Shown: positions 10,289 to 20,341, numbered from the stretch's first letter. The stretch is 64,000 nucleotides of DNA from an uncultured delta proteobacterium (GCA_963711565.1 CAVQEQ010000003.1:640001-704000), one strand, 5' to 3'. Numbers and translations are program-made. The notes: generated by a model not told the origin, from the letters alone.

Positions 10289-11737
10289 TCAGGCGCGCGT
10301 GCCGCCGACCGTGATGCCGTCGATGCGAATCGTCGGAAGTCCCACGCCCACCGGCACCGATTGGCCGTCCTTGCCGCAGGTGCCGACGCCGGCGTCGAGC
10401 GCGAGGTCGTTGCCGACCATCGAGACCCGGGTCAGCACGTCGGGGCCGTTGCCGATAAGCGTCGCGCCCTTCACCGGCCGCGTCACCTGGCCGTCCTCGA
10501 TCAGGTAAGCCTCGCTCGCTGAAAAAACAAATTTGCCGTTGGTGATATCGACCTGGCCGCCGCCGAAGTTGACGGCGTAGAGGCCGTTCCTGACCGACTT
10601 GATTATTTCCTCGGGCGTCGATTCGCCATTGAGCATGAAGGTGTTGGTCATCCGGGGCATCGGCGAATGCGCAAAGCTCTCGCGCCGGCCGTTGCCGGTC
10701 GGCTCCATCTTCATGAGCCGCGCGTTCATCCGATCCTGCAGGTAGCCGCGCAGGATGCCCTTTTCGATCAGCACCGTGCGCGAGGTTGGCGTGCCCTCGT
10801 CGTCAACGTTCAGGCTGCCGCGGCGATTCGGGATCGTGCCGTCGTCGATCACGGTGCAGAGTTCGCTCGCAACCTTCTGACCGATTCGATCTGCGAACGC
10901 GGACGTCTTCTTGCGATTGAAGTCGCCTTCGAGGCCGTGGCCGATCGCCTCGTGCAGCAGAATTCCCGGCCATCCGGGACCGAGCACGACGACCATCTCG
11001 CCCGCGGGCGCGGCGACGGCATCGAGATTGACGATCGCCTGGCGGGCGGCTTCGAGCGCGTACTCGCGCCAACGATCCTTCTCGATGAAATAATTCCACT
11101 CGACCCGGCCGCCACCGCCGTAGGAGCCCACCTGGCGGCCCTTACTGTCCTCGGCGATCACGGTGACGTTGAGCCGGCAAAGCGGCTGCATGTCCGCCGC
11201 GACCTGCCCGTCGCTCTTCACGATCATCACGATCTTGCTCTCGCACGCGAACGACGCCATCACGTTCTTCACCCGCGGGTCGGCAGCGCGCGCGATACGA
11301 TCGATCTCACTCAGCAGCTTGGCGCGCTCCTGCACGGGAACGTCGAGCGGCGTGCTCGGGAGATCGTACAGCGCATGACGCGCGACCGGCGCGCCGACCT
11401 GGACCGCCGCCGGCGTCGCGCCGCGCTGATCGGCGATCGCGCGCGCGGCCTCCGCCGCAAGGCGCATCCTGTCAACTGTGACTTCGTCGGAGTACGCGTA
11501 GCCCGTACGATCTTCGGCGCACACCCGCACGCCGACGCCATGGCTGACGCTCTTGCTCGTGTGATTCACCATCGACTCTTCGAGCGCGAGACCCTCGGCG
11601 CTTTTGTACTCGAAGTAGAGATCGGCGTAGTCGGCCTTGCGTTCGAGCGCACTGCCGAGGATTCGCTCGAGCGCGCCGTGGTTCATGCCGAATCGGTTCA
11701 GGAAAAATTTATCGGGAGCAACAAGTTCGTTGGACAT
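10289..11737 (-). CDS. tldD: Metalloprotease TldD
   Basis: GWPGILLHEAIGHGLEGDFNRK and CGKDGQSVPVGVG. Likely start MSNELV at 11737. Confidence 0.96.
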   Translation of the reverse strand: MSNELVAPDKFFLNRFGMNHGALERILGSALERKADYADLYFEYKSAEGLALEESMVNHTSKSVSHGVGVRVCAEDRTGYAYSDEVTVDRMRLAAEAARAIADQRGATPAAVQVGAPVARHALYDLPSTPLDVPVQERAKLLSEIDRIARAADPRVKNVMASFACESKIVMIVKSDGQVAADMQPLCRLNVTVIAEDSKGRQVGSYGGGGRVEWNYFIEKDRWREYALEAARQAIVNLDAVAAPAGEMVVVLGPGWPGILLHEAIGHGLEGDFNRKKTSAFADRIGQKVASELCTVIDDGTIPNRRGSLNVDDEGTPTSRTVLIEKGILRGYLQDRMNARLMKMEPTGNGRRESFAHSPMPRMTNTFMLNGESTPEEIIKSVRNGLYAVNFGGGQVDITNGKFVFSASEAYLIEDGQVTRPVKGATLIGNGPDVLTRVSMVGNDLALDAGVGTCGKDGQSVPVGVGLPTIRIDGITVGGTRA

Positions 11738-11814
11738 AATTTTTGCCGCCTGTGAAACAACATTATCAAAGCGCGCACTCGCCAAGAAGGCGCTCGATCC
11801 GTTACGATTCGCCA

Positions 11815-12063
11815 ATGGCCTCGCGCGAGACATTGGCGCTAATCGATCGACTGATGCTCGATATGATCGCGCAGCAGGAGAGCAAGGTGCTCGCGATGGC
11901 GCGCGCGATTCATCCCGGGCTTACGCCGGAGGACATTCGCAACCCGAACGATTTCGCCGACCTGATGGCGAGCGGCGAGTGGAACTTCGAGGACGGAATC
12001 CTGTCGGGGCTCAAGAGCGCGCACATGGCGCTGCGCGCGAAGCTGCTGGAGACGATCGAATAA
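11815..12063 (+). CDS. Hypothetical protein (82 aa)
   Basis: ATG at 11815, divergent from tldD, protein-like sequence (LTPEDIRNPNDF...FEDGILSG), followed by a terminator. Confidence 0.75.
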   Translation: MASRETLALIDRLMLDMIAQQESKVLAMARAIHPGLTPEDIRNPNDFADLMASGEWNFEDGILSGLKSAHMALRAKLLETIE

Positions 12064-12064
12064 G

Positions 12065-12097
12065 AAAAGGCACGAAGAGAATCTCTTCGTGCCTTTT
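12065..12097. terminator. Bidirectional intrinsic terminator
   Basis: AAAAGGCACGAAGAG-AAT-CTCTTCGTGCCTTTT between convergent genes, ending the alpha operon. Confidence 0.9.
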
Positions 12098-12121
12098 GCT
12101 TTGTTAGTTGTTAGCGTCGAA

Positions 12122-12577
12122 TCAGCCAGCGGCCGCGGCGGCTCGACGAGGCCGCTCGGTGGTGGCGCCTTCCTTCTTCGCAGATGAGCGCTTGCGCGGC
12201 TTCTTTGTCTTAGTCTGCTCCTCGTTACCAGTGAACTCGATCACCGAGAGCATCGCGGCGTCGCCGCGGCGATGGCCGAACTTGATCACGCGCGTGTAGC
12301 CGCCGTTGCGATCCTTGAAGCGCGGCGCAATCTCGTCGAACAGCTTCTTGACCGCCTCGTGCGACTGCAACGCCGCGAACGCGCGCCGGCGCGCGGCGAG
12401 ATCGTTCTGCTTGCCGAGCGTGACCATCCGATCCGCGATGCGGCGGAGTTCCTTGGCCTTGGGATCGGTGGTCTTGATTCGCTCGTGACGAATCAGCGCG
12501 AGCACCATGTTTTTGAACAGCGCCTTGCGATGCGCCGACGTGCGATTGAGCTTGCGGCCCGAATTGAGATGACGCAT
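12122..12577 (-). CDS. rplQ: 50S ribosomal protein L17
   Basis: [19 protein letters not shown]...RNGGYTR. Confidence 0.98.
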   Translation of the reverse strand: MRHLNSGRKLNRTSAHRKALFKNMVLALIRHERIKTTDPKAKELRRIADRMVTLGKQNDLAARRRAFAALQSHEAVKKLFDEIAPRFKDRNGGYTRVIKFGHRRGDAAMLSVIEFTGNEEQTKTKKPRKRSSAKKEGATTERPRRAAAAAG

Positions 12578-12638
12578 CTTTCCCTTCTTCTAATCCTTTA
12601 CTATTCCAATCCTGTACTAGGCCGATTCGCGGCGGATT

Positions 12639-13667
12639 TCAGGCCGATTCGCGGCGTTCCTGCTCTTCCCACATGCGGTCGAGCTCGCCGCGCGGCGGCA
12701 GGTTCTCGAGCCGCATCCCGAGCGAGAGGCCCATGTCGGCGAGGACTTCCTTGATCTCGTTGAGGGACTTGCGTCCGAAGTTTTTGATCTTGAGCATGTC
12801 CTGCTCGGTCCGCTGAACCAGCTCGCCGATATACTTGATGTCGGCGTTCTGGAGGCCGTTGAAGGCGCGCACGGAAATCGGCAGGCCTTCGACCGGACGA
12901 TAGAGCAGCTCGCTCATCGACGGTCGAGCTTCGCCGCTCTCGGCTGCGCCGGGCGCCGCTTCGGCTTCTTCTTCGACGCCGGCGAAAATCGTCATCTGGT
13001 CGCGCATCACGCGCGCCGCGTAGGTCAGCGCCTCGCGCGGATTGATCGAGCCGTCGGTCCATATTTCGAGCGCGAGGCGGTCGTAGTCGGTGCGCTGGCC
13101 GACGCGCGCGTTGGTGACAGTGAAATTTACTTTGCGAATGGGCGAGAAGATCGCGTCGAGGCGAATCGTTCCGATCGCTTCCTCTTCTTCGGTGCGCTCG
13201 CCGGGGACGTAGCCGCGGCCGCGCTTGATAACGAGTTCCATATCGAGTTCGGCGCCCTTGTCGAGCGACGCGATATGCTTGTCGGGGGTCAGGATTTCGA
13301 GGCTGGGACCGCCGGTGATGTCGCGCGCGGTGACCTGCGCTTCGCCCTTGACCTTGAGGGTCGCGGTAATCTGCTCGCCCTCGTGCAGGCGCAGGCGGAT
13401 TTCCTTGAGGTTGAGGACGATGTCGGTCACGTCCTCCTTGACGCCGGCCAGAGTTGAGAACTCGTGGAGGACGTTTTTGATCCTGACTGCCGTAATCGCG
13501 TAGCCGGGCAGGGTGGACAGCAGGATGCGCCGCAGCGCGTTGCCAACGGTGATTCCGTAGCCGCGTTCGAGCGGTTCCGCGGAAAATTTGCCGTAGGAAG
13601 GAGTGACTTCCTTCTCGTCGAACTCGACAGTCTTGGGTTTGATCAGATCTCGCCAGTCATTTTGCAT
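12639..13667 (-). CDS. rpoA: RNA polymerase alpha subunit
   Basis: [21 protein letters not shown] and [10 protein letters not shown]. Likely start MQNDWRD at 13667. Confidence 0.98.
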   Translation of the reverse strand: MQNDWRDLIKPKTVEFDEKEVTPSYGKFSAEPLERGYGITVGNALRRILLSTLPGYAITAVRIKNVLHEFSTLAGVKEDVTDIVLNLKEIRLRLHEGEQITATLKVKGEAQVTARDITGGPSLEILTPDKHIASLDKGAELDMELVIKRGRGYVPGERTEEEEAIGTIRLDAIFSPIRKVNFTVTNARVGQRTDYDRLALEIWTDGSINPREALTYAARVMRDQMTIFAGVEEEAEAAPGAAESGEARPSMSELLYRPVEGLPISVRAFNGLQNADIKYIGELVQRTEQDMLKIKNFGRKSLNEIKEVLADMGLSLGMRLENLPPRGELDRMWEEQERRESA

Positions 13668-13751
13668 AGTCTGTGCTCTTTTTTCCCGATGGATTTCCCG
13701 CGCCCACACAGGTCCACCACGGACCGGGACGCCGAATCGGTAGCCTCCGCC

Positions 13752-14378
13752 TTATCTTGAGTAATGCTCGACGATCAGCTTCTCGCTAATCGGCATCGTC
13801 AGTTCAGCGCGCGCCGGCAGCGACCGGAGCGAGCCGCGGAATTGTTCGCGTTCGAGTGCCATCCACGGCGGTACGCCGCGGCGCTGCGCCATCTCGATTG
13901 CCTCGACGATCACCTTCTTGGTGCGGCTCGCCTCGGCTACGCTAATCACACTGCCAACCTCGACAAGGGTCGAGGGAATCGTAACCTTCTTGCCGTTCAC
14001 CTGAATGTGCCCGTGGCGAACCACCTGGCGCGCCTGCGCCAGCGAGCTGGCGAAGCCGAGCCGATAGACCACGTTGTCGAGCCGCCGCTCGAGCAATACG
14101 AGCAGGTTCTCGCCCGTGATTCCGTCCATCCTCTCCGCCATCGCGAAGTAAGCCTTGAACTGCGTCTCCATCATCCCGTAGATGCGCTTGACCTTCTGCT
14201 TCTCGCGCAACCGGATCGCGAATTCAGAGAAACGCGTACGCGCCTGGCCGTGCGCGCCGGGCGGATAATTGCGCCGCTCGATCGCGCACTTGTCGCTGTA
14301 GCATCGCTCTCCCTTGAGGAAGAGTTTCAGTCCTTCGCGCCGACACAGCCGGCAAACGGGCCCTAGGTTTCTTGCCAT
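13752..14378 (-). CDS. rpsD: 30S ribosomal protein S4
   Basis: CRLCRREG...LREKQK...[11 protein letters not shown]. Confidence 0.98.
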   Translation of the reverse strand: MARNLGPVCRLCRREGLKLFLKGERCYSDKCAIERRNYPPGAHGQARTRFSEFAIRLREKQKVKRIYGMMETQFKAYFAMAERMDGITGENLLVLLERRLDNVVYRLGFASSLAQARQVVRHGHIQVNGKKVTIPSTLVEVGSVISVAEASRTKKVIVEAIEMAQRRGVPPWMALEREQFRGSLRSLPARAELTMPISEKLIVEHYSR

Positions 14379-14456
14379 TCTTTTTCTCTTTTCAGTGAAT
14401 CCGCTTGCTTGATGATAATCGGCTGAAAATTTCCTTAGTTGTTTGCGTCGTTAAGA

Positions 14457-14927
14457 TCAGACTCGGCGCCGCTTTGGCGGACGGCATCCGTTGTGCGGGA
14501 TCGGCGTTACGTCTTTGATCGAGATGACGCCCAATCCCGCCGCTTGCAGCGCGCGCACCGCCGATTCGCGGCCGCCGCCCGGACCCTTGACGTGAACGAC
14601 TACGGCGCGCATCCCGACTTCCGAGCATTTCCGCGCGCACGCCTCCGCCGCCATCTGCGCCGCATACGGCGTGCCCTTGCGCGACCCCTTGAAGCCGACG
14701 GAGCCGGCGCTCGACCAGGCGATCACGGTGCCCTGCTGGTCGGTGATCGTGACGATCGTGTTGTTGAAGGTGGCGTGCACATGCGCGACGCCTTCGGGCA
14801 CGTTGCGCCGCACCTTCTTGCGACGCGGCGCAGGAGCGGGTGCTCCAGCGGCGCCGGCAGCGGGCGCAGCAGCAGCATCCTTCTTGTCTGGCGCTGCTTT
14901 GGTCTCTTTGATTTCTTCTTCAGCCAT
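14457..14927 (-). CDS. rpsK: 30S ribosomal protein S11 with Ala/Pro-rich N-terminal extension
   Basis: [12 protein letters not shown] and [18 protein letters not shown]. Confidence 0.98.
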   Translation of the reverse strand: MAEEEIKETKAAPDKKDAAAAPAAGAAGAPAPAPRRKKVRRNVPEGVAHVHATFNNTIVTITDQQGTVIAWSSAGSVGFKGSRKGTPYAAQMAAEACARKCSEVGMRAVVVHVKGPGGGRESAVRALQAAGLGVISIKDVTPIPHNGCRPPKRRRV

Positions 14928-14990
14928 TTTTTCTCTTTTTTCAGTGAATCCGCATCGTGCGGGCTGACTGACGGAAATTTCCTTAGTGTC

Positions 14991-15374
14991 CTAGCCTTTT
15001 GGGGGCGCCATCTTCTTGCCGGCGACTACTTTGCGCGGGCCTTTGCGGGTGCGTGCGTTGGTATGAGTGCGCTGGCCGCGGACCGGAAGTCCGCGACGAT
15101 GCCGAATGCCCCGGTAGCATCCAAGATCCATCAGGCGCTTGATCGACTGCTGAAAGTCGCGGCGGAGATCGCCTTCGACTTCGTAATCGGTGTCGATCAC
15201 CTGGCGGATGTGAACCTGCTGGTCGGCCGACAGATCGTCGGTTTTGGTCGCGGGATCGACTTTGGCGGCGGTGAGAATTTTGAGCGCGCTCGGCCGGCCA
15301 ATGCCGTAGATATAGGTGAGCGCAATATCCATCCGCTTGTTTTTCGGCAGTTCGACTCCAGCTATGCGTGCCAT
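14991..15374 (-). CDS. rpsM: 30S ribosomal protein S13
   Basis: MARIAGV...[18 protein letters not shown]. Confidence 0.98.
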   Translation of the reverse strand: MARIAGVELPKNKRMDIALTYIYGIGRPSALKILTAAKVDPATKTDDLSADQQVHIRQVIDTDYEVEGDLRRDFQQSIKRLMDLGCYRGIRHRRGLPVRGQRTHTNARTRKGPRKVVAGKKMAPPKG

Positions 15375-15392
15375 CGCGAAACCCTTCCCTTC

Positions 15393-15506
15393 CTAGCCCT
15401 GGCGCTGCTTGTGGCGCGGGTTGGAGCATAGGATTCGCACGACGCCTTCGCGGCGCACGACCTTGCAGTTCTTACAGATTTTTTTTACTGATGCTCGTAC
15501 TTTCAT
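15393..15506 (-). CDS. rpmJ: 50S ribosomal protein L36 (Zn-binding form)
   Basis: Below the ORF-track cutoff. Manual translation [37 protein letters not shown]. Confidence 0.97.
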   Translation of the reverse strand: MKVRASVKKICKNCKVVRREGVVRILCSNPRHKQRQG

Positions 15507-15531
15507 AATCGTCAATCTCTACGTTCCGAAT

Positions 15532-15557
15532 CGCGGGCACGGCGGCCCGCGCCACTT
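15532..15557. repeat. REP-like palindromic element, copy 1
   Basis: CGCGGGCACGGCGGCCCGCGCCACTT, identical to 49420-49445. The minus strand reads GTGG + CGCGGGC-N6-GCCCGCG. Confidence 0.75.
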
Positions 15558-15582
15558 TACTCTCTAGTGCCCCTCGTTCGCG

Positions 15583-15623
15583 GAACCTCACCCCTGGCCC
15601 CTCTCCCTTCTGGAGAGGGGGAC
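15583..15623. repeat. C-tract/G-tract hairpin intergenic repeat, copy 1
   Basis: GAACCTCACCCCTGGCCCCTCTCCCTTCTGGAGAGGGGGAC. A related copy is at 16705-16744. Confidence 0.65.
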
Positions 15624-15632
15624 AGAGCCGTT

Positions 15633-15851
15633 CTAGCGCATCCGGTATGTTATTCGGCCGCGGGTCAGGTCGTAGGGGGAAAGTTCCACCGTGACTTTGT
15701 CGCCAGCCAGAATTTTTATGTAATGCATCCTCATTTTGCCCGAAATATGGGCCAACACCTTGTGCCCGTTGTCGAGTGTCACTCTGAACACCGCATTGGG
15801 GAGGGCTTCCTGAACCGTCCCTTGTACTTCGATCGCGTCGCCTTTAGACAT
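15633..15851 (-). CDS. infA: Translation initiation factor IF-1
   Basis: LPNAVFRV...[29 protein letters not shown]. Confidence 0.98.
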   Translation of the reverse strand: MSKGDAIEVQGTVQEALPNAVFRVTLDNGHKVLAHISGKMRMHYIKILAGDKVTVELSPYDLTRGRITYRMR

Positions 15852-16614
15852 TTTCCAGTTCGCTTAAAATTTCCGGTCCGTTGGAGGTAATTGCGATGGA
15901 ATGCTCGAAGTGGGCAGATAGTTTACCGTCCGCCGTCACCGCAGTCCAGCCATCGGAAAGTATCTCCAAATCGGGGGTTCCCTCGTTTACCATCGGCTCG
16001 ATCGCCAGCGCCATCCCCTCGCGCAGGCGCGGATTAGGCATCCCAGGGCGGAAATAGTTCGGCACCTGCGGGTCTTCATGAAGCCGGCGGCCGATTCCGT
16101 GTCCGGCAAAGTCGGTGACCACGGAGAAACCCGCGCGCTCGACGGTTTCCTGCACCGCGCGCGCGATATCGCTGATGCGATTGCCCGCGCGAGCCTGCGC
16201 GATTCCCGCGTAGAGGGATTCGCGGGTCACATTCAGCAGCTTCGTCACCCGCTCCGGCACCGGGCCGACCGCGACGGTGCGAGCCGAGTCGCCGTAGAAG
16301 CCCTCGTACACCACGCCGAAATCGAGGCCGACGATGTCGCCGGCCTTCAATTTGCGGCTGGACGGGATGCCATGAACTATTTCGTTGTTAATCGACACGC
16401 ATAGACACTTTGGATAGACGACGTCGCCCGGCTTGTAGCCCTTGAAGGCGGGCTTCGCGCCTTTCTTGTAGGTCAGGTCTTCGGCCAGCTGGTCGAGCTC
16501 CTCGGTGGTGATGCCGGGACGCACTGCGGCGACCAGAGCCGCGAGGATCTCGGCCACGATCTGACTCGCCTTGCGCATCACGGCGATCTCGGCCGGAGTT
16601 TTAATAGTAATCAT
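15844..16614 (-). CDS. map: Methionine aminopeptidase type I
   Basis: [25 protein letters not shown] and SAHFEHS. Confidence 0.97.
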   Translation of the reverse strand: MITIKTPAEIAVMRKASQIVAEILAALVAAVRPGITTEELDQLAEDLTYKKGAKPAFKGYKPGDVVYPKCLCVSINNEIVHGIPSSRKLKAGDIVGLDFGVVYEGFYGDSARTVAVGPVPERVTKLLNVTRESLYAGIAQARAGNRISDIARAVQETVERAGFSVVTDFAGHGIGRRLHEDPQVPNYFRPGMPNPRLREGMALAIEPMVNEGTPDLEILSDGWTAVTADGKLSAHFEHSIAITSNGPEILSELENV

Positions 16615-16704
16615 TTTTTTCAGTATTAAGGCTTTTTAAGTATTAAGGCCGCGCTCCGTTGTCGCGCGCGGATGGTACATTGATCTCGCGGTTCCATGCT
16701 TTAG

Positions 16705-16744
16705 GAACCTAACCCCTAACCCCTTCCCGCGCGGGAAGGGGAAC
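16705..16744. repeat. C-tract/G-tract hairpin intergenic repeat, copy 2
   Basis: GAACCTAACCCCTAACCCCTTCCCGCGCGGGAAGGGGAAC. Confidence 0.65.
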
Positions 16745-16785
16745 CGGATAAAAGAAAGATTCAGAAATCTTGTCGTTATGGTTAA

Positions 16786-17448
16786 TCACTTGGGGGGCAC
16801 CGCGACGCCGTTGACGGCGGTTAGGATTCGCTTTTCTACTTCGTCGGTGCGGCCGACTCCGTTTACCTGCGCGAGCAGGCCGAGCCGGTCGTAGTGAGCG
16901 AGCAGCGGGCGCGTCGTTTCGGCAAAAACCTTGAGCCGTTCGCGCACGGTTTCCTCGGCATCGTCCTCGCGCTGATAGAGTTCGCCGCCGCATTTATCGC
17001 ATACGCCGGGTTTGGCGGGTGGCTCGAACATCACGTGATACATCGCGTTGCAATTCCTGCAGGTGCGGCGTCCTGAAATCCGCTTGACGATCTCTTCGTC
17101 GGGCACAATCACCGCGACGACCTTGTCGAGTTTCAGCTTGTAGCGTTCGAGCCCTTTGGCCAGCGCTTCGGCCTGCGTGACGTTGCGCGGGAATCCGTCG
17201 AGGATGAATCCGGGACGGGCGTCTTCCTTGCGCAGGCGCGCATCGACCAGTTTCAAGACCAGATCGTCGGGCACCAACTGGCCGCGATCCATGTAGCTGG
17301 CGGCCTCGCGGCCCAGATCCGAGTCCTCGCGAACGACTGCACGGAGCAAGTCGCCGCTGGCAACTTGCGGGATACCCCAGAGCGCGCCCAATGCGCGCGC
17401 CTGTGTACCCTTGCCCGCACCCGGCGGGCCCAACAGCACCAGCCGCAC
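16786..17448 (-). CDS. adk: Adenylate kinase with Zn-binding LID
   Basis: GPPGAGKGTQA, GFILDGFPR and CxxC...CxxC LID. Confidence 0.98.
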   Translation of the reverse strand: MRLVLLGPPGAGKGTQARALGALWGIPQVASGDLLRAVVREDSDLGREAASYMDRGQLVPDDLVLKLVDARLRKEDARPGFILDGFPRNVTQAEALAKGLERYKLKLDKVVAVIVPDEEIVKRISGRRTCRNCNAMYHVMFEPPAKPGVCDKCGGELYQREDDAEETVRERLKVFAETTRPLLAHYDRLGLLAQVNGVGRTDEVEKRILTAVNGVAVPPK

Positions 17449-17451
17449 CTG

Positions 17452-18759
17452 CTAGGCGCCCCTCTTGGTCTTAACGCGACCGCGGCGCATAAAGCCTTCG
17501 TAGTTGCGGGTCAGCAGATGGGTTTCGATTTGCGCGACCGTGTCGATCGCGACGCCGACGACGATCAGCAGCGCGGTGCCGCCGAAGAAAAACGGCACGT
17601 TGAAGCGCGCGATCAGGATGGTCGGCAGGACGCATACAGCGCTGACGTAAACCGCGCCGCCGAGCGTGATGCGGGAGAGCACGCGATCGATATAGTCGGC
17701 GGTGAAACGGCCGGGCCGGATACCCGGGATGAAGCCGCCGTACTTTTTCAGATTGTCGGCGACGTCCACGGGATTAAATGTGACCGAGGTGTAGAAGTAA
17801 CAGAAGAAGAAAATGAGCGCGACGTAAACCAGGTCGTAGTAGATGCCGCCGGGCGTCAGGTAGCTCGAATACGGTTTCAGAAACGGCACGAAGGTCGCCA
17901 GCGTCGCCGGGAAGACCAATAGCGCGGAGGCGAAAATCGGCGGAATAACGCCCGAGGTGTTTATCTTCAACGGCAGATGCGAACTCTGACCGCCGTAAAC
18001 GCGGCGGCCGACGACGCGGCGCGCATACTGGATCGGGATGCGGCGCTGGGCGGTCTCGATATAGACGATGCCGGCGATCACGGCGGCCGCGATCGCGAGA
18101 ATGAAGATGAGCAGGAAAATGCTCATCTCGCCCTCGCGCACGAATTGCGCGGTGGTGCCGATGGCGCTCGGCAGGCGCGCGACGATTCCCGCCATGATGA
18201 TCAGCGAAATGCCGTTGCCTATTCCGCGCTCGGTGATCTGTTCGCCGATCCACATCAGGAACATCGTGCCCGCAGTGACGGTGAGCACCGTCATCGCGAT
18301 GAAGCCCGGGCCGGGATTGTAAACGATGCTGCCGCCGCCGGGCGCCTGAATCTTTTCGAGCGAGAACGCGATCATCGTGCCCTGGAACAGCGCCAACAGC
18401 ACGGTACCGTAGCGGGTGTACTGGGTAATCTTGCGGCGACCGGCCTCGCCTTCTTTATATAGTTCGTCGAGATATGGCGACGCGATTTTCAGCAGGTCGA
18501 GGACGATGGCGACCGAGATGTACGGCATGATGCCGAGCGCGAGGACCGAGAAGCGCTCGAGCGCGCCGCCGGAAAACAGATTGACCCAGCCGAACAGCGT
18601 GCCACTGGCGGCGTCGAAGAACGAGGCGAGCGCCTGGCCGTCGATGCCGGGGGTCGGCACGGCGACGCCGATGCGGTAAACGGCCAGCATGAGGGCCGTG
18701 AAGACCAGCCGTCGGCGCAACTCGGGGATGCGCGAGGCGTTTGAAAACCCTTCAAGCAT
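17452..18759 (-). CDS. secY: Preprotein translocase SecY
   Basis: ALGIMPYIS, GIGNGISL and GGFIPGIRPG. Confidence 0.98.
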   Translation of the reverse strand: MLEGFSNASRIPELRRRLVFTALMLAVYRIGVAVPTPGIDGQALASFFDAASGTLFGWVNLFSGGALERFSVLALGIMPYISVAIVLDLLKIASPYLDELYKEGEAGRRKITQYTRYGTVLLALFQGTMIAFSLEKIQAPGGGSIVYNPGPGFIAMTVLTVTAGTMFLMWIGEQITERGIGNGISLIIMAGIVARLPSAIGTTAQFVREGEMSIFLLIFILAIAAAVIAGIVYIETAQRRIPIQYARRVVGRRVYGGQSSHLPLKINTSGVIPPIFASALLVFPATLATFVPFLKPYSSYLTPGGIYYDLVYVALIFFFCYFYTSVTFNPVDVADNLKKYGGFIPGIRPGRFTADYIDRVLSRITLGGAVYVSAVCVLPTILIARFNVPFFFGGTALLIVVGVAIDTVAQIETHLLTRNYEGFMRRGRVKTKRGA

Positions 18760-19227
18760 CTAGCTTCCGGCGGACTTTACCAACTCCGCGAAGCCGCCCG
18801 CGGCGGCGATTTTGTCCAGCGCGCTTTTCGAGAACGCGTCGGCGCGCACTTTAATCTTGCCCTTCAGATCGCCGTCACCCAAGACTTTCACCTTGCGTCC
18901 CGCCGGGATCAAGCCGCGCGCGACCAGCGCGGCGGCGTCGATGGTTACATCCGCGCCGAAGTCGCCGAGCCGCGACAGATTCACAATCGCGAATTCGTCG
19001 CGACGCGCCTGGTTCTTCAGCGTGCGACGAAATCCCTGTTTAGGCAAGCGCCGCTGCAAGGGCATCTGGCCACCCTCGTAGCTCGGAGGCGTGTTGCCAT
19101 GCGAGCGCGCGCCCAATCCCTTGTGTCCGCGGCCGGAGGTCTTGCCGTGGCCCGAGCCGATGCCACGTCCGACGCGGCGTTTGCGATGGGTCGAGCCGGG
19201 CGACGGTTTCAAATCCTTGAGGTCCAT
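18760..19227 (-). CDS. rplO: 50S ribosomal protein L15
   Basis: RVGRGIGSGHGKTSGRGHKG and EGGQMPL.RRLPK. Confidence 0.98.
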   Translation of the reverse strand: MDLKDLKPSPGSTHRKRRVGRGIGSGHGKTSGRGHKGLGARSHGNTPPSYEGGQMPLQRRLPKQGFRRTLKNQARRDEFAIVNLSRLGDFGADVTIDAAALVARGLIPAGRKVKVLGDGDLKGKIKVRADAFSKSALDKIAAAGGFAELVKSAGS

Positions 19228-19235
19228 GAGTACAA

Positions 19236-19418
19236 CTAATCCTTGAGCTCGATGACGAGGTGCTTCAGGCGTTTGACCATCCCTTCGACCGCGGCGCTGC
19301 GCTTGAGCTCGCGCACGCTGCCGACTTTGCCCAAGCCGAGGCCCTTGACGGTCGCGCGCACGCGGCGATTGGTGCTGATCGGGCTGCCGACGAGCTTGAC
19401 GCGAATTTTATCCGACAT
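19236..19418 (-). CDS. rpmD: 50S ribosomal protein L30
   Basis: 60 aa, GLGLGK...GMV..LKHLV, between rpsE and rplO. Confidence 0.93.
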   Translation of the reverse strand: MSDKIRVKLVGSPISTNRRVRATVKGLGLGKVGSVRELKRSAAVEGMVKRLKHLVIELKD

Positions 19419-19436
19419 CGTATTCCAAAGCCTCGA

Positions 19437-19943
19437 TCACGCGGCCGCTTCGGGCTGATTCGGCGTGCGTCCGCGGAGACGATTGATATCCTGGGTGCTG
19501 CGGAGCTCGGCCAGCGCCTCGAGCGTCGCCTTGACCAGGTTGTGCGGATTCGACGAGCCGAGCCGCTTGGTCAGGATGTTGCGGATGCCCGCGAGCTCGA
19601 CCACCGCGCGCACACCGCCCGCCGCGATGACGCCGGTGCCCTCGGCAGCCGGCCGCAGCACGACGCGTCCCGCGCCGAAACGTCCGACGACTTCGTGCGG
19701 GATGGTGCCGTCCTGAATCGGCACGCGGACGAGACTCTTCTTGGCGCGATCGACGCCCTTGCGAATCGCCTCGGGCACTTCGTTGGCCTTGCCGAGACCG
19801 AAGCCGACGAGGCCGTTGTGATCGCCGGCGACCACCAGCGCGCTGAAGCTGAAGCGGCGTCCGCCCTTGACGACTTTCGCGACGCGGTTGATATGCACGA
19901 CCTTCTCTTTGATCTCGAGGCCCTGCGGATCGATGCGCTGCGT
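19437..19943 (-). CDS. rpsE: 30S ribosomal protein S5 (start uncertain)
   Basis: [21 protein letters not shown]. The expected start position reads ACG at 19943; an alternative TTG is at 19982. Confidence 0.95.
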   Translation of the reverse strand, partial: TQRIDPQGLEIKEKVVHINRVAKVVKGGRRFSFSALVVAGDHNGLVGFGLGKANEVPEAIRKGVDRAKKSLVRVPIQDGTIPHEVVGRFGAGRVVLRPAAEGTGVIAAGGVRAVVELAGIRNILTKRLGSSNPHNLVKATLEALAELRSTQDINRLRGRTPNQPEAAA

Positions 19944-19978
19944 GACCGTACCTTCGCGTAATGTGCGTTGCCTGCCGT

Positions 19979-20341
19979 TCAAAATTTTAACCCCGCTTCG
20001 CGCGCCGCGTCGGCCAGCGCCTTGACGCGGCCGTGATAGAGAAACCCGTTTCGATCGAAGACGACGTTGGAGATTCCGCTCTGAAGGCATCGCTCGGCGA
20101 TGGCCTTGCCGACCGCTTTGGCGGCGGCGAGATTGCGCTTGCTCTTGAGTTCGTCGCGCAGGCCGGCCGTTTCGGTGGAGGCAGACGCGAGCGTGCGTCC
20201 GCTCTCGTCGGAAATCACCTGCACGTAGATATGATGCAGCGAGCGGAACACGGAGAGGCGCGGACGGGTGTCGTTGCCGACGGCCTTGCGCCGGACGCGT
20301 CCTTGGCGAAATTTACGTTTTTCGGATCGTTCTAGAGCCAT
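19979..20341 (-). CDS. rplR: 50S ribosomal protein L18
   Basis: RPRLSVFRS and [28 protein letters not shown]. Confidence 0.98.
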   Translation of the reverse strand: MALERSEKRKFRQGRVRRKAVGNDTRPRLSVFRSLHHIYVQVISDESGRTLASASTETAGLRDELKSKRNLAAAKAVGKAIAERCLQSGISNVVFDRNGFLYHGRVKALADAAREAGLKF

